64,000 bases of DNA from Verrucomicrobia bacterium UBA1200 (GCA_002309765.1 DBXY01000017.1:52820-116819), one strand, 5' to 3'; shown: positions 24,706 through 35,069, counted from the first letter of the stretch. Notes: generated by a model from the letters alone, not told the origin. A program made the numbers and translations.

Positions 24706-27700
24706 ATGGGAAATCGATGGGCAATCCTTTGCGGCGCGTTTATTTTCCTGTATGCATCCGTCCTCGGAGCGGATGTTGTCTCACCGCTTGTCATCTCAAA
24801 ACTGCTCACGGCTCCTGTTCTCGATAAGGGTGGGTATATCGAAGTCAGGAACATCTCGGCAGACGAAACGGTTTCGCTTGATGGCGTAAGGCTCGAAGGG
24901 GATGTCGCCTTCGACTTCCCCTCAGGCACCCGGCTCGCGCCGCTCGCCTGCCTCGCCCTCGCCGCGGACGATGCGACGTATGCCGCGCTTTATCCGACGG
25001 CTCCCGCGCCGCTCGGCGTCTATACGGGATCGCTTCCCAAAAACGGCGGAGAGGTGCGGCTCGTCCGTGCGGCGCGCGGGAGCGAATTCGCCGATCCGGT
25101 ACTCGACCGCGTCGCGTGGAGCGCAGCCTGGGGCTGGCCCACACCGGCGGCGGGGCAGCCCCTTGTGCTGATCCGGCCCGGGGAGGACCGTTCGACCCCA
25201 GCCAACTGGATCGCGATCGACGCAAATTCACGGATCAGCCGCGTCCTGGTCGACTGGAACGCTACGTGGCGCTATCTCTGCGCGGCCGCCGCAGAGGGTT
25301 GGCAGACACCGGGCTTCGACGATTCGTCGTGGGCGACGGGTGCGGGACCCCTCGGCTATGAAACCGCGTCGGGTTGGGAACATCCGCTCGTGACGACGTT
25401 CAGCCTTGAGAAAGGGCGAATCACCTACTATTTCCGCACCACCTTCACGAATGACGGCTCGATGACCTTTTCGGAACTTTCGCTCCACTACATGGTGGAT
25501 GATGCGGCGCGCTATTTTCTCAACGGTGTCGAGGTCGCGCGTTCCGCGCTGCTCAAATCCGGCGAGGTGACGGACGAAACGCTCGCGTCGGGTGCGGTAG
25601 ACCCTGAAGGTGTCGTCTACGGGCCGGTTTCCCTCTCGCTCGCCAACCTAAGGACGGGCGTCAATACGCTTGCCGTCGAGGTCCACCAGAACGATACCGG
25701 CAGTACAGATCTGGTGACGGGCACCTGTCTTTCGGCCGCATACGCGCCCGGCATCACACCGCTTCCAGGCGTGCCATGCGATGTCACCGCTTTCAGGCCG
25801 CGTGTGCCCGGTCTGCGTATCGTTTCGCTTGGATCGGACAGCGCGACGATCCGCAACGATGATGCCGAAGCGCTCTCTCTGGAGGGCTGGTCGCTTGGCG
25901 ACGTGATGCTCTCCGGACAGTTGGGAGCCGGGGCGACGCGCACGGTCTCCCTCACTCCGCCCTCGGGTTTTCTCCTCCTGCGCGGCCCCTTCAACGGCGA
26001 AACGCTCGTTGTCGATGCCGTCCCATCGCCGGCCAGATCCGCCTCCGGGATCGTCATCAACGAGGTCGCGGCGCAGAACGCACTCGTCGTCAATCCGGTG
26101 ACGGGTACCTTTGACGATTGGTTTGAACTGGCCAATCCGCAGAATGTCGCCGTGGACCTCTCCGGATGGCTCGTCACCGACACGCTCGCCGCGAGTGACC
26201 CGCCTGAACCGAACACCCGCGCCTCGAAGTCGTTGACGATCCCCTCCGGTGTCGTGCTGCAGCCGGGTGAACACCTGCGGATCTGGACGGGGGGAGACGT
26301 GACGAACGAAACGGATCGGATTTCGAATCCCGCCGCGCTCCAGGCACCGTTCGGTCTCAACAAGCGTGCCGACGCAATCTACCTTTTCGATGCGGGCCTG
26401 CGTCTCGTCGATACCGTCGAGTGGAAGGAGGAGTTCGCCCCGACGAATTCCCTCGGCCGCTGGCCGGACATGACAGGCGACTGGAGCTTGCTGCCCGTTC
26501 CAACGCCGGGATTGCCGAATCGTCCGCCGCGCTTCACCCAAGCCCTCATCCCCGCACCCACGCCCGTTTCGCTCGCTCCCGGCGAAAGCCATTCGTTCAC
26601 GTGCGATACGCCATCCGATGTCACTTGGCGGATTCTGCCCGTCGATGAACTCTCGCCCGTTCCCTCCGCCTTTGCGTTGGACTCCCTTACGGGCACCGTG
26701 ACCTGGCAGGGCGCGGCGACAGGCGCCTACCGGGCCATGCTCTGTGCCTTCAGCGGCGACACCTGCATCGACGCCGTGTGCATGGTCGTGACGGTGCGCG
26801 CATTGGATACGGTGAAACCCGTCCTTCGGACGAACGCCTTCCGCTCGGACAACCGAGAGCTCTTTCTCACCTTCTCGGAACTTCTGGGAGAGGCGGCGTT
26901 CGACCCCGCAACGTGGATGGTGAACGCGGCCAGCGTGCAAGCCGTGCGGCCTATCGCAAACGGAACAGGCGTCGCGCTCCTCCTCTCGGATTCACTTGCG
27001 CCCGGAAGCGACTATACGCTTTCGGCGGCAGTGCCGGATACAGCGGGAAATGTGCTTGCGCTTGAGCAAACGTTCCGCGTGCCCTACCTTCTCGCGCCGC
27101 CGGTCTCGGCCGTGCGAGGCGTGCGCGAGCCTCTCGGCCCCGCCTCCCGCCGCAATCCGCTTGCCGTCACCGAGATCGCCGCATGTCCTCCCGCGCGGCC
27201 GGACGGCCGCGACCTGCGCTTCGTCGAAATATACAATTCGGCTCCCTACCCGCAACGCGTGGGCGGCTACACGCTTTCGGGCGGGCTTTCGTACACGTTC
27301 CCGGAAGGCGCGCAGATTCCGGCCCAGACCTTTGTCGTCATCGCGCCGTCGCCGGAAGACGTTGCGTCCGTCTATGGTCTTTCAGACGTACGCGGGGCGA
27401 TTGACAGTGGTTTCTCGCCCACGGCCAAGATCGAGCTGCGCGACGAGATCGGCGCGCAACTGGCGAAGATCGAGCCCTCCGGAAAATGGCCCTGGCCGGC
27501 TGGAGCGAACGGAAGCGGGCATTCACTCGTCCTGGCGCGCCCCACCTACGGGCACGCCGATCCGAAGGCCTGGAGCCTTTCCGCGCATCCGGGCGGCTCG
27601 CCCGGCGCGGACGATCCCGCGCCTGACGAAGAGGGCGCGCTCGTGCTCATAAACGAGTACCGTGCGCATACCCCCGAGGCGGAAGGCTACATCGAACTCG

Positions 27701-30700
27701 TCAACATCGGCTACGAGGCGTTCGACCTTACGGGATGCCAGCTTGCGATCGCGGGATCTTCCGTCGGCTACACAATCCCATCCGGCGTCATTCCCGCGCA
27801 CGGCTACGCCCTCTTCACGGAGGAGACGCTCGGCTTCCGTCTGCCGGGCACGGCGTGCGATGTTCTGCTGCAACGGAGCGAGGCATCCGGCGACAAGGTG
27901 ATTGACGCCTTCCGCGTTCCTAATCTGGAACTTGACCGCGCCTTCGGACGTACGCCCGACGGAGGGCCGATGTGCGCGCGCCTGGCGCATCCGACGCCGC
28001 TCGCGCGCAATACCTTGCGTGAAATCCCACCCGTCGTGCTCAACGAGATTATGTACAATCCGATCTCAGGTTCGTCCGACGACGAATACGTTGAACTGCT
28101 CAACCTGACGGACGAGGCGATCGATCTCGACGGCTGGACGCTTTCCGGCGGCATCGACCATACGTTCTCTACGGTGATTCCCGCACGGGGATTCAAGGTC
28201 GCCCCGGCGAAGAAATCCGCTTTCAAGGCGCTCTATCCGAAACAGACCGACTGCCTGGACGACGGTGCCTACAGCGGCTCGCTCGGCGACCGCGGCGACA
28301 CGGTCCGCCTCCGTTGCCCGATGATGGTTTGGGATGCCGAGACGGACGAGCCGGTCCTGAAGAATGTCGTTCTTGAAGAGGTGACCTATTGCGACGGGGG
28401 GCTTTGGGGCCATTGGGCCGATGGCGGCGGCAGTTCGCTTGAGCGTGTCGATCCGCGCGCCGACGCGCGTCTCGCCGCCGCATGGGCCGACAGCGACGAG
28501 AGCGGCAAGTCGGATTGGAAAACGATCTCGTTCACGGGGCCGCTCGAATACGGGCGCCCGTTCGAACTGGGATCGACCGGGAAGGGCTACGGCGAGCCGC
28601 TTCGCGTGGAGATCGGCCTCTACGGAGAGGGCGAATGCCTGGTCGATTCCGTGCACGTCGCGATGGAGGGGGGCGCGAACTACGTGCTTAATCCCTCGTT
28701 CGAAGAGCCGAACTCCTCTTGGTCGTGGGTCGGCACGCATCAGGATTCGCGAATCGAGACCTGCAGTGACACCGACAATGGCGCGCGGGTTCTCCACTTG
28801 CGGGCGAGCGGACGCCTCCACACTGGGGGCAACGGCGTGCGCGGGCTTTTTGAAGAGCAGATGCCAACGAACGGGCACGCGACGGTGTCGATGCGCGTGA
28901 AGTGGCTCGCCGGTTCGCCCGATGCGCTGCTGCGCGTGCGCGGCAACTGGATCGAGGCATCCGGCACAACCCTTACCACCTTCGCGCTCGGTTCGCCCGG
29001 CAAGCGTAACTCGCGCGCGGGTACGGCGGTGCCGGACGTGACGGAGTGTTTCCATCTGCCGGCGATGCCCCGTGCGGATGAGATGGTGCAGGTTTGGGCG
29101 CGCATCAACGCTCCCGACGGTCTCACGTCCGTCACGCTCGAATGGGCGTTCGACGATAGCCTTTCGACGAACCGCGTGACGATGTTGCCGTCATCGGGAG
29201 GATGGTACCGCGGGATTATCAGCGGATCGTTCCCTTCGGGTACGCTTGCGGCCTACCATGTCGTCGCCGTCGGCGCGAACGAGTATCCGCGCGCGGCCGT
29301 CTTCCCGGAAGGGCGCGACTGTCTCGTGCGCTGGGGCGAGAGTACCATTGAGAAAGCGTTCGGCACCTACCGCGTGTGGATGACCAAGCGCGCCATCGCC
29401 GCCTGGACGGCGCAAAACAACGACAACAACAAGCCCAATCCTTTTACGTTCGTCTACGGAAACGGCGAGCGCATCATCCAGCGGGCCGGCATGGTCTACG
29501 GCGGTTCCCCGCTCCACATGCAAAGTTACAGCAAGCCGTTCAGCGGCGACATCGATTACATTATGGACTTCCCCAAGGATGATCTCCTGCTCGGGGATGA
29601 CGGCGCCATATTGTGCACCATCTATGAAAGCTCCGAGGTGATGGAGCAGTTCAACTATTCGCTTCTGCGCAAATTGGGCCTGCCGAGCCTCTACCGCCGT
29701 TACGTGCGCCTCGTCGCCAACGGCAAAGTCCAGTCGGGCCGGGGCATTGTCGAAGACACCGAAAAACCGGGCGGCGACATGCTAAAGCACTGGTATCCCG
29801 ATGACAAGTCAGGCCAGCTCATGAAGATCAACGAGTGGTACGAATACGACATCGACAGCTACGCGAAGTTTTCGAAGTCGTATGATTTCACCACGCATCT
29901 CCAGCCGGGCGCTACGCTCGAAGCCTTCCGGACGACGGACGAGACGGGCGCGGTGTGCTACAGGACGGCGCGTTACCGCTGGCACTGGCAGCGGCGCTCT
30001 TACAAGAATTTCGAACCGAGCGACTACACCGAATTCTGGAAACTAGTCGATGTACTCAACGCGCCTTCGCCCTCTCTCGACACCGTGAGGCAGGTGGTCG
30101 ATCTGGATGCTTTCCTTGGCGTGCCGGCCGTCAACCATTTCGTCGGAAACTGGGATACGTACGGGTTTCAGCGCGGCAAGAACATGTACCTCTACAAAGG
30201 CGAGGCGGGATGGGGCCTCGTGGGATGGGATATGGATATCGGTCTTGACGCCGACCAGTCAAGCCGCGTGATCGACCCGCAACGCATTTCCGCAAGCGAC
30301 ATACGCGATCCCGTGTTCCGCGCGTTCCTGCGGCGGCCCGATGTCTCCCGCTGGTGGTGGCGCAAAGTGATCAAGCTCCTTGAGGCCGCCGCGCCCGGTT
30401 CGGAGGAACGCGCCGAGGCCGAGGCGAAGAATCTGGCACTGCGCGCGGACGGCATCAGCGCCGGCAATATAACAAACCGCTTTACCAACATCACGGCCCG
30501 CTACGATAGCGTGGCGTCACAGCGCGCGGCGGTCGACGCGGCGGCGTTTCGTCTCGTGTCGCCGCAGCCGGGTTCGACAACGACGATCGCCTCAAGCGTC
30601 TGCACGCTCGAAGGCGTCGCGCCGTTTCTGGTAACGGAGATCGTCTTTGACGGCGCACCCCTTGCGCTCGCATGGACCACGCCGACGAATTGGGTCGCGC

Positions 30701-33153
30701 AACTGCACCTGAAGGTACCCCGCACGGCGCTCACGCTTGTGGCGCGCGGCGAGGACGGCGCGGAACTGGGCCGCGCGTCGGCCGAGGTTGTCACGACGGC
30801 ACCTGTCGGCGAGGAGGCGGACGGGTTGGTTGTCTTCTCGGAGATCCTCTCGCGGCCGTCCCGCGCGGGCGGCGGCTATGTTGAACTGCGCAACCTCTCC
30901 GCGTCTGTTTCGTGCGATCTCGGAGGCTGGTATCTTGAAGGCGACGCCGAAGCGCTCTTCCCGCCGGGAACGATTCTTGCGCCGGGCGCATGCCTTGTCG
31001 TCGCCGAGAATCCGGCCGTCTTCGCTGAGGTTTTCGGCCATGCGGTGACGCCGGCGGCCATCTTCACTTCGGCTTTGCCGACGGCGGGTGAGCTGCGCCT
31101 CCGGCGGCCGGCGAAAGGAGGGGAACTTGCCGACCCTGTCATCGACCGCGTGGCGTGGGGCGGAACAGGGTGGCCCGCGGCGGCGGCCGACGAACCCTTC
31201 GTCTTGCTCGACGCGCGCGCCGAGAACAACGCGCCCGCGAATTGGACGAACCGCATCGTCATCGTGCGCGAGCCGGAACCGGCAAAATCCCTTATCGGAC
31301 TCGACCACGGCTGGCGCTACTGGACGGGGGGCTTCCCCGGCGCGGAGTGGACAACGCCGGAATTCAACGACTCGGCCTGGCCGACGGGCATGGGTCCGCT
31401 GGGGCATGATAGGGACAGCAAGAACTGGGCTATACCGATTCGCACGGATTTCCCGATGACCTCCGGGCGCATCACCTACTATTTCCGCGCGACCTTCACG
31501 AATTCCGTGCCGATCAACGAGGCGCGGCTACTCCTCTCTTATTTCGTCGATGACGGCGCCGTCATCTATCTCAACGGCAGGGAAATGGCGCGTTCCTCGC
31601 TGATGCCCGACGGCGTTGTGGCCGATTCCACGGTGGCCCGGGACGCGCAGGGCGCGGAAGGGGTCTTCGAGGGGCCGTTCGCGCTTGAGGCGGAGGGGCT
31701 GCGCCTGGGCGAGAATGTGCTGGCGGTGGAGGTCCATCAGAACGGCGGGTCGAGTTCGGATCTCTCCTGGTATGGGCTTCTTTCCGTCACAAATGTCGTT
31801 CCGCCGGCGGGGACGCCGGGCGTGCCGGATGATTTCACCGCCCCGATGGCCGTTCCGCGCGTTTATCTGAACGAAGTCGGCCCGGTGCAGACCGAACTCT
31901 ACAATGCTGATACGACCTCCGTCTCTCTCTCGGGCTGGACGCTTGCGCAGGGCGAGACGCTTCTCCCCCTTGACGGCAACCTGGCTCCGGGCGCGTTCCG
32001 TTCGGTTCCGTTCGCGCGGGGCGAAGGTGAACTCCGCCTCCTGAAAGACGGCGCGGTTGTCGATCTCCTTCTTTGCGCCAATCTGAACGCCGAAGCCGTT
32101 TTCGGCCGTTTCCCTGACGGCACCGACGAGACGCGCCTTCTCAATCCCGAGACACCCGGCGCGGCCAACCGCAGCGATCCCCCCGACCGGCGCGTGGTGC
32201 TGAACGAGCTTATGTCGCAGAACGGGCTTTTCGAGAATCCCGCCACCGGCGAGAAGGACGACTGGTTCGAACTGGCGAACGTCGGTCTGGAGGCGGTCGA
32301 TCTCGAGGGCTGGATCGTGACGGATACGCTCAAGAGCGAGAATCCGCCCGTGCCCTCGACGAAGGCGTCGAAGGCGCTGACATTCCCCTCCGGCGTTACG
32401 CTTGATCCGGGCGAGGTGATGCGCGTGTGGACTGGCTCGGCCGCCGCCGGGGAGCCCTTCGACCGGGAGAACCCCCAAGCGCCGTTCGGACTTGGGAAGT
32501 CCGGCGATCAAATCTATCTCTTCGATGCCGATCTGACGCTTGTCGACTCGGTCGCCTACACGCGGGAGATCGCCAAGACGAACGCATTCGGCCGTTGGCC
32601 GCACGGGACTGGCGGCTGGACGGTTCTCCCGATTCCCACGCCGGGTCTGCCGAACCGCCCACCGCGTTTCACCCAGGCGCTTGTCGCTTCGCCGGCCGTC
32701 CTCCGGCTGGAGGAGGGCGGAACCTGCTCGCTCACCAACACGCTCGACGGTGTGACGTGGGCACTCGTGCCGGCGGAGACGGGCCAAGGACTTGCCGAGG
32801 GACTTCGGGTCGATCCCCTTTCGGGTGTCGTCTCCTTTGAAGGCGGCATAGCCGGTTCAGCGTCGGCGGTTCTCTGCGCGTTTCAAGGCGAGACGTGCGT
32901 CGACGCCGTTACGCTCGTCTTTACCGTCACGCCGGCGGGGACGCTACACATTTCCGCGTTCACGTCGGTAAACGGGCTTTTGAGCCTTGCGTGGGAAACG
33001 CAGACCGGAGCGGCGTACATCGTCGAAACCGCGCCGACGCCCTACGGCCCCTGGAGTGAGGTGCCGAACACGTTGGTAACGTCATCGCAAGTCACGTTCA
33101 AGCCGCTTTCCGGCGTTTCGGCCGCCTTCTTCCGCGTGAAGCGCGTTAGATAG
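24706..33153 (+). CDS. Giant (2815 aa) secreted lamin-tail-domain (LTD) / CotH-kinase-domain protein
   Basis: Signal peptide MGNRWAILCGAFIFLYASVLG. Multiple LTD-like modules (VINEV..DDWFELAN..DLSGW, NEIMYNP..DEYVELLN..DLDGW). The CotH core runs from YRVWMTKRAI to NWDTYGFQRGKNMYLY and WDMDIGL. Ig-like and jelly-roll modules are also present. Last residues ...AAFFRVKRVR. Confidence 0.85.
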   Translation: MGNRWAILCGAFIFLYASVLGADVVSPLVISKLLTAPVLDKGGYIEVRNISADETVSLDGVRLEGDVAFDFPSGTRLAPLACLALAADDATYAALYPTAPAPLGVYTGSLPKNGGEVRLVRAARGSEFADPVLDRVAWSAAWGWPTPAAGQPLVLIRPGEDRSTPANWIAIDANSRISRVLVDWNATWRYLCAAAAEGWQTPGFDDSSWATGAGPLGYETASGWEHPLVTTFSLEKGRITYYFRTTFTNDGSMTFSELSLHYMVDDAARYFLNGVEVARSALLKSGEVTDETLASGAVDPEGVVYGPVSLSLANLRTGVNTLAVEVHQNDTGSTDLVTGTCLSAAYAPGITPLPGVPCDVTAFRPRVPGLRIVSLGSDSATIRNDDAEALSLEGWSLGDVMLSGQLGAGATRTVSLTPPSGFLLLRGPFNGETLVVDAVPSPARSASGIVINEVAAQNALVVNPVTGTFDDWFELANPQNVAVDLSGWLVTDTLAASDPPEPNTRASKSLTIPSGVVLQPGEHLRIWTGGDVTNETDRISNPAALQAPFGLNKRADAIYLFDAGLRLVDTVEWKEEFAPTNSLGRWPDMTGDWSLLPVPTPGLPNRPPRFTQALIPAPTPVSLAPGESHSFTCDTPSDVTWRILPVDELSPVPSAFALDSLTGTVTWQGAATGAYRAMLCAFSGDTCIDAVCMVVTVRALDTVKPVLRTNAFRSDNRELFLTFSELLGEAAFDPATWMVNAASVQAVRPIANGTGVALLLSDSLAPGSDYTLSAAVPDTAGNVLALEQTFRVPYLLAPPVSAVRGVREPLGPASRRNPLAVTEIAACPPARPDGRDLRFVEIYNSAPYPQRVGGYTLSGGLSYTFPEGAQIPAQTFVVIAPSPEDVASVYGLSDVRGAIDSGFSPTAKIELRDEIGAQLAKIEPSGKWPWPAGANGSGHSLVLARPTYGHADPKAWSLSAHPGGSPGADDPAPDEEGALVLINEYRAHTPEAEGYIELVNIGYEAFDLTGCQLAIAGSSVGYTIPSGVIPAHGYALFTEETLGFRLPGTACDVLLQRSEASGDKVIDAFRVPNLELDRAFGRTPDGGPMCARLAHPTPLARNTLREIPPVVLNEIMYNPISGSSDDEYVELLNLTDEAIDLDGWTLSGGIDHTFSTVIPARGFKVAPAKKSAFKALYPKQTDCLDDGAYSGSLGDRGDTVRLRCPMMVWDAETDEPVLKNVVLEEVTYCDGGLWGHWADGGGSSLERVDPRADARLAAAWADSDESGKSDWKTISFTGPLEYGRPFELGSTGKGYGEPLRVEIGLYGEGECLVDSVHVAMEGGANYVLNPSFEEPNSSWSWVGTHQDSRIETCSDTDNGARVLHLRASGRLHTGGNGVRGLFEEQMPTNGHATVSMRVKWLAGSPDALLRVRGNWIEASGTTLTTFALGSPGKRNSRAGTAVPDVTECFHLPAMPRADEMVQVWARINAPDGLTSVTLEWAFDDSLSTNRVTMLPSSGGWYRGIISGSFPSGTLAAYHVVAVGANEYPRAAVFPEGRDCLVRWGESTIEKAFGTYRVWMTKRAIAAWTAQNNDNNKPNPFTFVYGNGERIIQRAGMVYGGSPLHMQSYSKPFSGDIDYIMDFPKDDLLLGDDGAILCTIYESSEVMEQFNYSLLRKLGLPSLYRRYVRLVANGKVQSGRGIVEDTEKPGGDMLKHWYPDDKSGQLMKINEWYEYDIDSYAKFSKSYDFTTHLQPGATLEAFRTTDETGAVCYRTARYRWHWQRRSYKNFEPSDYTEFWKLVDVLNAPSPSLDTVRQVVDLDAFLGVPAVNHFVGNWDTYGFQRGKNMYLYKGEAGWGLVGWDMDIGLDADQSSRVIDPQRISASDIRDPVFRAFLRRPDVSRWWWRKVIKLLEAAAPGSEERAEAEAKNLALRADGISAGNITNRFTNITARYDSVASQRAAVDAAAFRLVSPQPGSTTTIASSVCTLEGVAPFLVTEIVFDGAPLALAWTTPTNWVAQLHLKVPRTALTLVARGEDGAELGRASAEVVTTAPVGEEADGLVVFSEILSRPSRAGGGYVELRNLSASVSCDLGGWYLEGDAEALFPPGTILAPGACLVVAENPAVFAEVFGHAVTPAAIFTSALPTAGELRLRRPAKGGELADPVIDRVAWGGTGWPAAAADEPFVLLDARAENNAPANWTNRIVIVREPEPAKSLIGLDHGWRYWTGGFPGAEWTTPEFNDSAWPTGMGPLGHDRDSKNWAIPIRTDFPMTSGRITYYFRATFTNSVPINEARLLLSYFVDDGAVIYLNGREMARSSLMPDGVVADSTVARDAQGAEGVFEGPFALEAEGLRLGENVLAVEVHQNGGSSSDLSWYGLLSVTNVVPPAGTPGVPDDFTAPMAVPRVYLNEVGPVQTELYNADTTSVSLSGWTLAQGETLLPLDGNLAPGAFRSVPFARGEGELRLLKDGAVVDLLLCANLNAEAVFGRFPDGTDETRLLNPETPGAANRSDPPDRRVVLNELMSQNGLFENPATGEKDDWFELANVGLEAVDLEGWIVTDTLKSENPPVPSTKASKALTFPSGVTLDPGEVMRVWTGSAAAGEPFDRENPQAPFGLGKSGDQIYLFDADLTLVDSVAYTREIAKTNAFGRWPHGTGGWTVLPIPTPGLPNRPPRFTQALVASPAVLRLEEGGTCSLTNTLDGVTWALVPAETGQGLAEGLRVDPLSGVVSFEGGIAGSASAVLCAFQGETCVDAVTLVFTVTPAGTLHISAFTSVNGLLSLAWETQTGAAYIVETAPTPYGPWSEVPNTLVTSSQVTFKPLSGVSAAFFRVKRVR
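24775..26802 (+). repeat. Intragenic module A (LTD, jelly roll, LTD, Ig-like), N-terminal copy
   Basis: Aligns by eye with 30829-32940 at roughly half of amino-acid positions (e.g. GRITYYFRTTFTN / GRITYYFRATFTN, LAVEVHQN in both). The run PTPGLPNRPPRFTQAL is identical, but its codons differ at synonymous sites. Confidence 0.75.
29300..30260 (+). other. CotH (atypical protein kinase) domain of the giant protein; approximate bounds
   Basis: YRVWMTKRA starts at 29368. NWDTYGFQRGKNMYLYKG and GWDMDIGL end near 30245. These are CotH family signature stretches. Confidence 0.75.
30829..32940 (+). repeat. Intragenic module A', C-terminal copy of the 24775-26802 module
   Basis: Same domain order as the N-terminal copy, with co-linear motifs (VIDRVAWGGTGWP, LDHGWRYW, NDSAWPTGMGPLGHD, DDWFELANVG, PTPGLPNRPPRFTQAL). 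Confidence 0.75.
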
Positions 33154-33208
33154 ATAAAGGAGTATCCATCCGATAGGCTTAACGAAACGCATGACGTTTT
33201 GAGTGTCG

Positions 33209-34897
33209 CTATTCGACCTTCAGTGCCGACCACTGGGCAGCCTCGCAAAACCAACCGGTAGGCTGATTGAGCAATTCGATGGTCACCTCCCGGCCTGCCC
33301 ATGGCGCGAGATTAATCTCGAACGTCCGGAAATTCCTGTCGCCTTTCCCGCCGATATCGGTCGCCAAGATCGTCACGTCGTCGACCTTCACAAGCAACCG
33401 GAAATCTCCCGTCGTGTTGGAGACGCGGAAAGACAGTGTCGGGTGTTCGGAAAGTTTCACCTTCCGGGAAAGAACCGCCGGCTCGTCTTTCTTCGGCGGA
33501 TGGGTCAGGAACACCCCCGTCTCGTTTACGACTTCTTCCCGATACCCCGGATTCATATCCGGCGCATTGGGGCCAGTCACCCATCCGGGATAGAAGTGGT
33601 CCAAAACCTTCTGCACGCGCCGCGTAGGATCGGGATCGTCGAAGCCCCGGGGATTCGGTCCGTTGATCGGGAATTTCAATTTTGCCTTCTCTTCCGGCGT
33701 GAAGACGGAGTTGGCGATCGGACCGGGTTCCCAGCTGAGGGCAAGCGCGTCGGGACGCGCAGCTTGGGAGGGAATCAGAAAATACTCTTTACCGTCATCC
33801 CCGGTCTCAATCTTTCCCCCTTGCTGCAGGAGAATCTGGCGGGTGAGCTTCTCGCAGACCGCCATCAGTTCCGGCACCGAGTAGGCGGTAAAGGAGAACT
33901 TCCGTTTCAAATCCAGCTTCTCAGTAAAACGGGCGGGGAGACGAGAAAATCCGATTGAAGCGAACAGCGGTCCCGCCGCGCTGGAGGGGTTACAGTCGGA
34001 ATCGAACCCGCCGCGCATAGCGATCGTGATGGTCTTATCCAAATCCCCCTCGCCGTAGAGGAATCCGAGCAGAACCATCGCCCCGTTGATCTTCACATCG
34101 ATCCCGCCGTTGGAGCATTTCTGATAGGCGGGGTTCTTCCGGTACTTTTCAATACACTTCTGCCAGCACTTTTGCCAATCCTGAGGTTGCTCACGATGCC
34201 AAAGGAGCAGGTCACGAACCATCTCGGCATATTGGCTTTCCGCCGGAATACAGGCAAGTCCCGCACGGACAATAGCCTCCCGATCCTGCGTAAAAAAGGC
34301 TTCGGCGTACATACCGCCCATGAACTGGCCGCCATACACCCCGTCGCCATAATTCATCAAACGCCCGAACAGATTCCCCAGCCGGATAACCGAATTGGGC
34401 ATACCGGGCGAAATGAGCCCCGCGAAATCGGCTTCGATTTGATAATCGATGTCGTTTGGGCAGGCGTTGAAAGCGGGATGGGAAGAGTCCGGCGGGGCAA
34501 TCCCCCGACGAAGGTTCTTGCGTCCCGCCGCATTCGCGCACCAAAGCGCATATTCGCTGTTGGCGAAATCGAGTCCCGCCTGGCGGATATCGACATCCAG
34601 CCCGTACTCCTCCAACGTGCGAAGGAAAGTCATCTCGACGTACAAGTCATCCTGCCCGAACGCATCGTTAATCATCTCGGGCCGCCAGACCGGCACCTTG
34701 TCAGACGGAATGATGGCATCGTTCCATTTGAACTCGGTCGGTGCGCCCCAGCAGACACCAGCGATCTGGCCGATCCACCCGCCCTTCATCTTGTCGCGGT
34801 ATTCATCAACCGAAAGTTTCCTGAACTCAACGCCACGCGCCGTCATCCCCGCCAGGAGGATGACCGCCATCCAGCCATATCCCATCCGATTCATCAT
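33209..34897 (-). CDS. Exported ADP-ribosylglycohydrolase-fold protein with an extra C-terminal beta-sandwich domain
   Basis: Start at ATG 34897 (MMNRMGYGWMAVILLAGMTARG signal), with GGGGAG upstream. ARH-family stretches: DDLYVEMTFL, NDIDYQIEADFAGL, YGDGVYGGQF, MRGGFDSDCNPSSAAG. About 200 additional C-terminal residues follow. Confidence 0.75.
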   Translation of the reverse strand: MMNRMGYGWMAVILLAGMTARGVEFRKLSVDEYRDKMKGGWIGQIAGVCWGAPTEFKWNDAIIPSDKVPVWRPEMINDAFGQDDLYVEMTFLRTLEEYGLDVDIRQAGLDFANSEYALWCANAAGRKNLRRGIAPPDSSHPAFNACPNDIDYQIEADFAGLISPGMPNSVIRLGNLFGRLMNYGDGVYGGQFMGGMYAEAFFTQDREAIVRAGLACIPAESQYAEMVRDLLLWHREQPQDWQKCWQKCIEKYRKNPAYQKCSNGGIDVKINGAMVLLGFLYGEGDLDKTITIAMRGGFDSDCNPSSAAGPLFASIGFSRLPARFTEKLDLKRKFSFTAYSVPELMAVCEKLTRQILLQQGGKIETGDDGKEYFLIPSQAARPDALALSWEPGPIANSVFTPEEKAKLKFPINGPNPRGFDDPDPTRRVQKVLDHFYPGWVTGPNAPDMNPGYREEVVNETGVFLTHPPKKDEPAVLSRKVKLSEHPTLSFRVSNTTGDFRLLVKVDDVTILATDIGGKGDRNFRTFEINLAPWAGREVTIELLNQPTGWFCEAAQWSALKVE

Positions 34898-35069
34898 GGA
34901 ACTCCCCACAGCCAACTTCTGTACGCAAAGCTCAAACGGCATTCAATATGCGACTCGCCGAGGACGGCTCGCCCTACCATTTGGCGAACCTTCAGGTGGG
35001 GCGAACCCTCCGGGTGAGCCGCGCAGTTCAGATGCATTCCACAAAAAACAAGGTGCCTTACGACATCGG

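Noticed and set aside
25648-26940. 430-aa minus-strand ORF (likewise 28066-29055, 30592-31407 and 31528-32787)
   Set aside because: All lie antisense inside the 2815-aa LTD/CotH gene. They are Arg-rich and low-complexity, with no start context.
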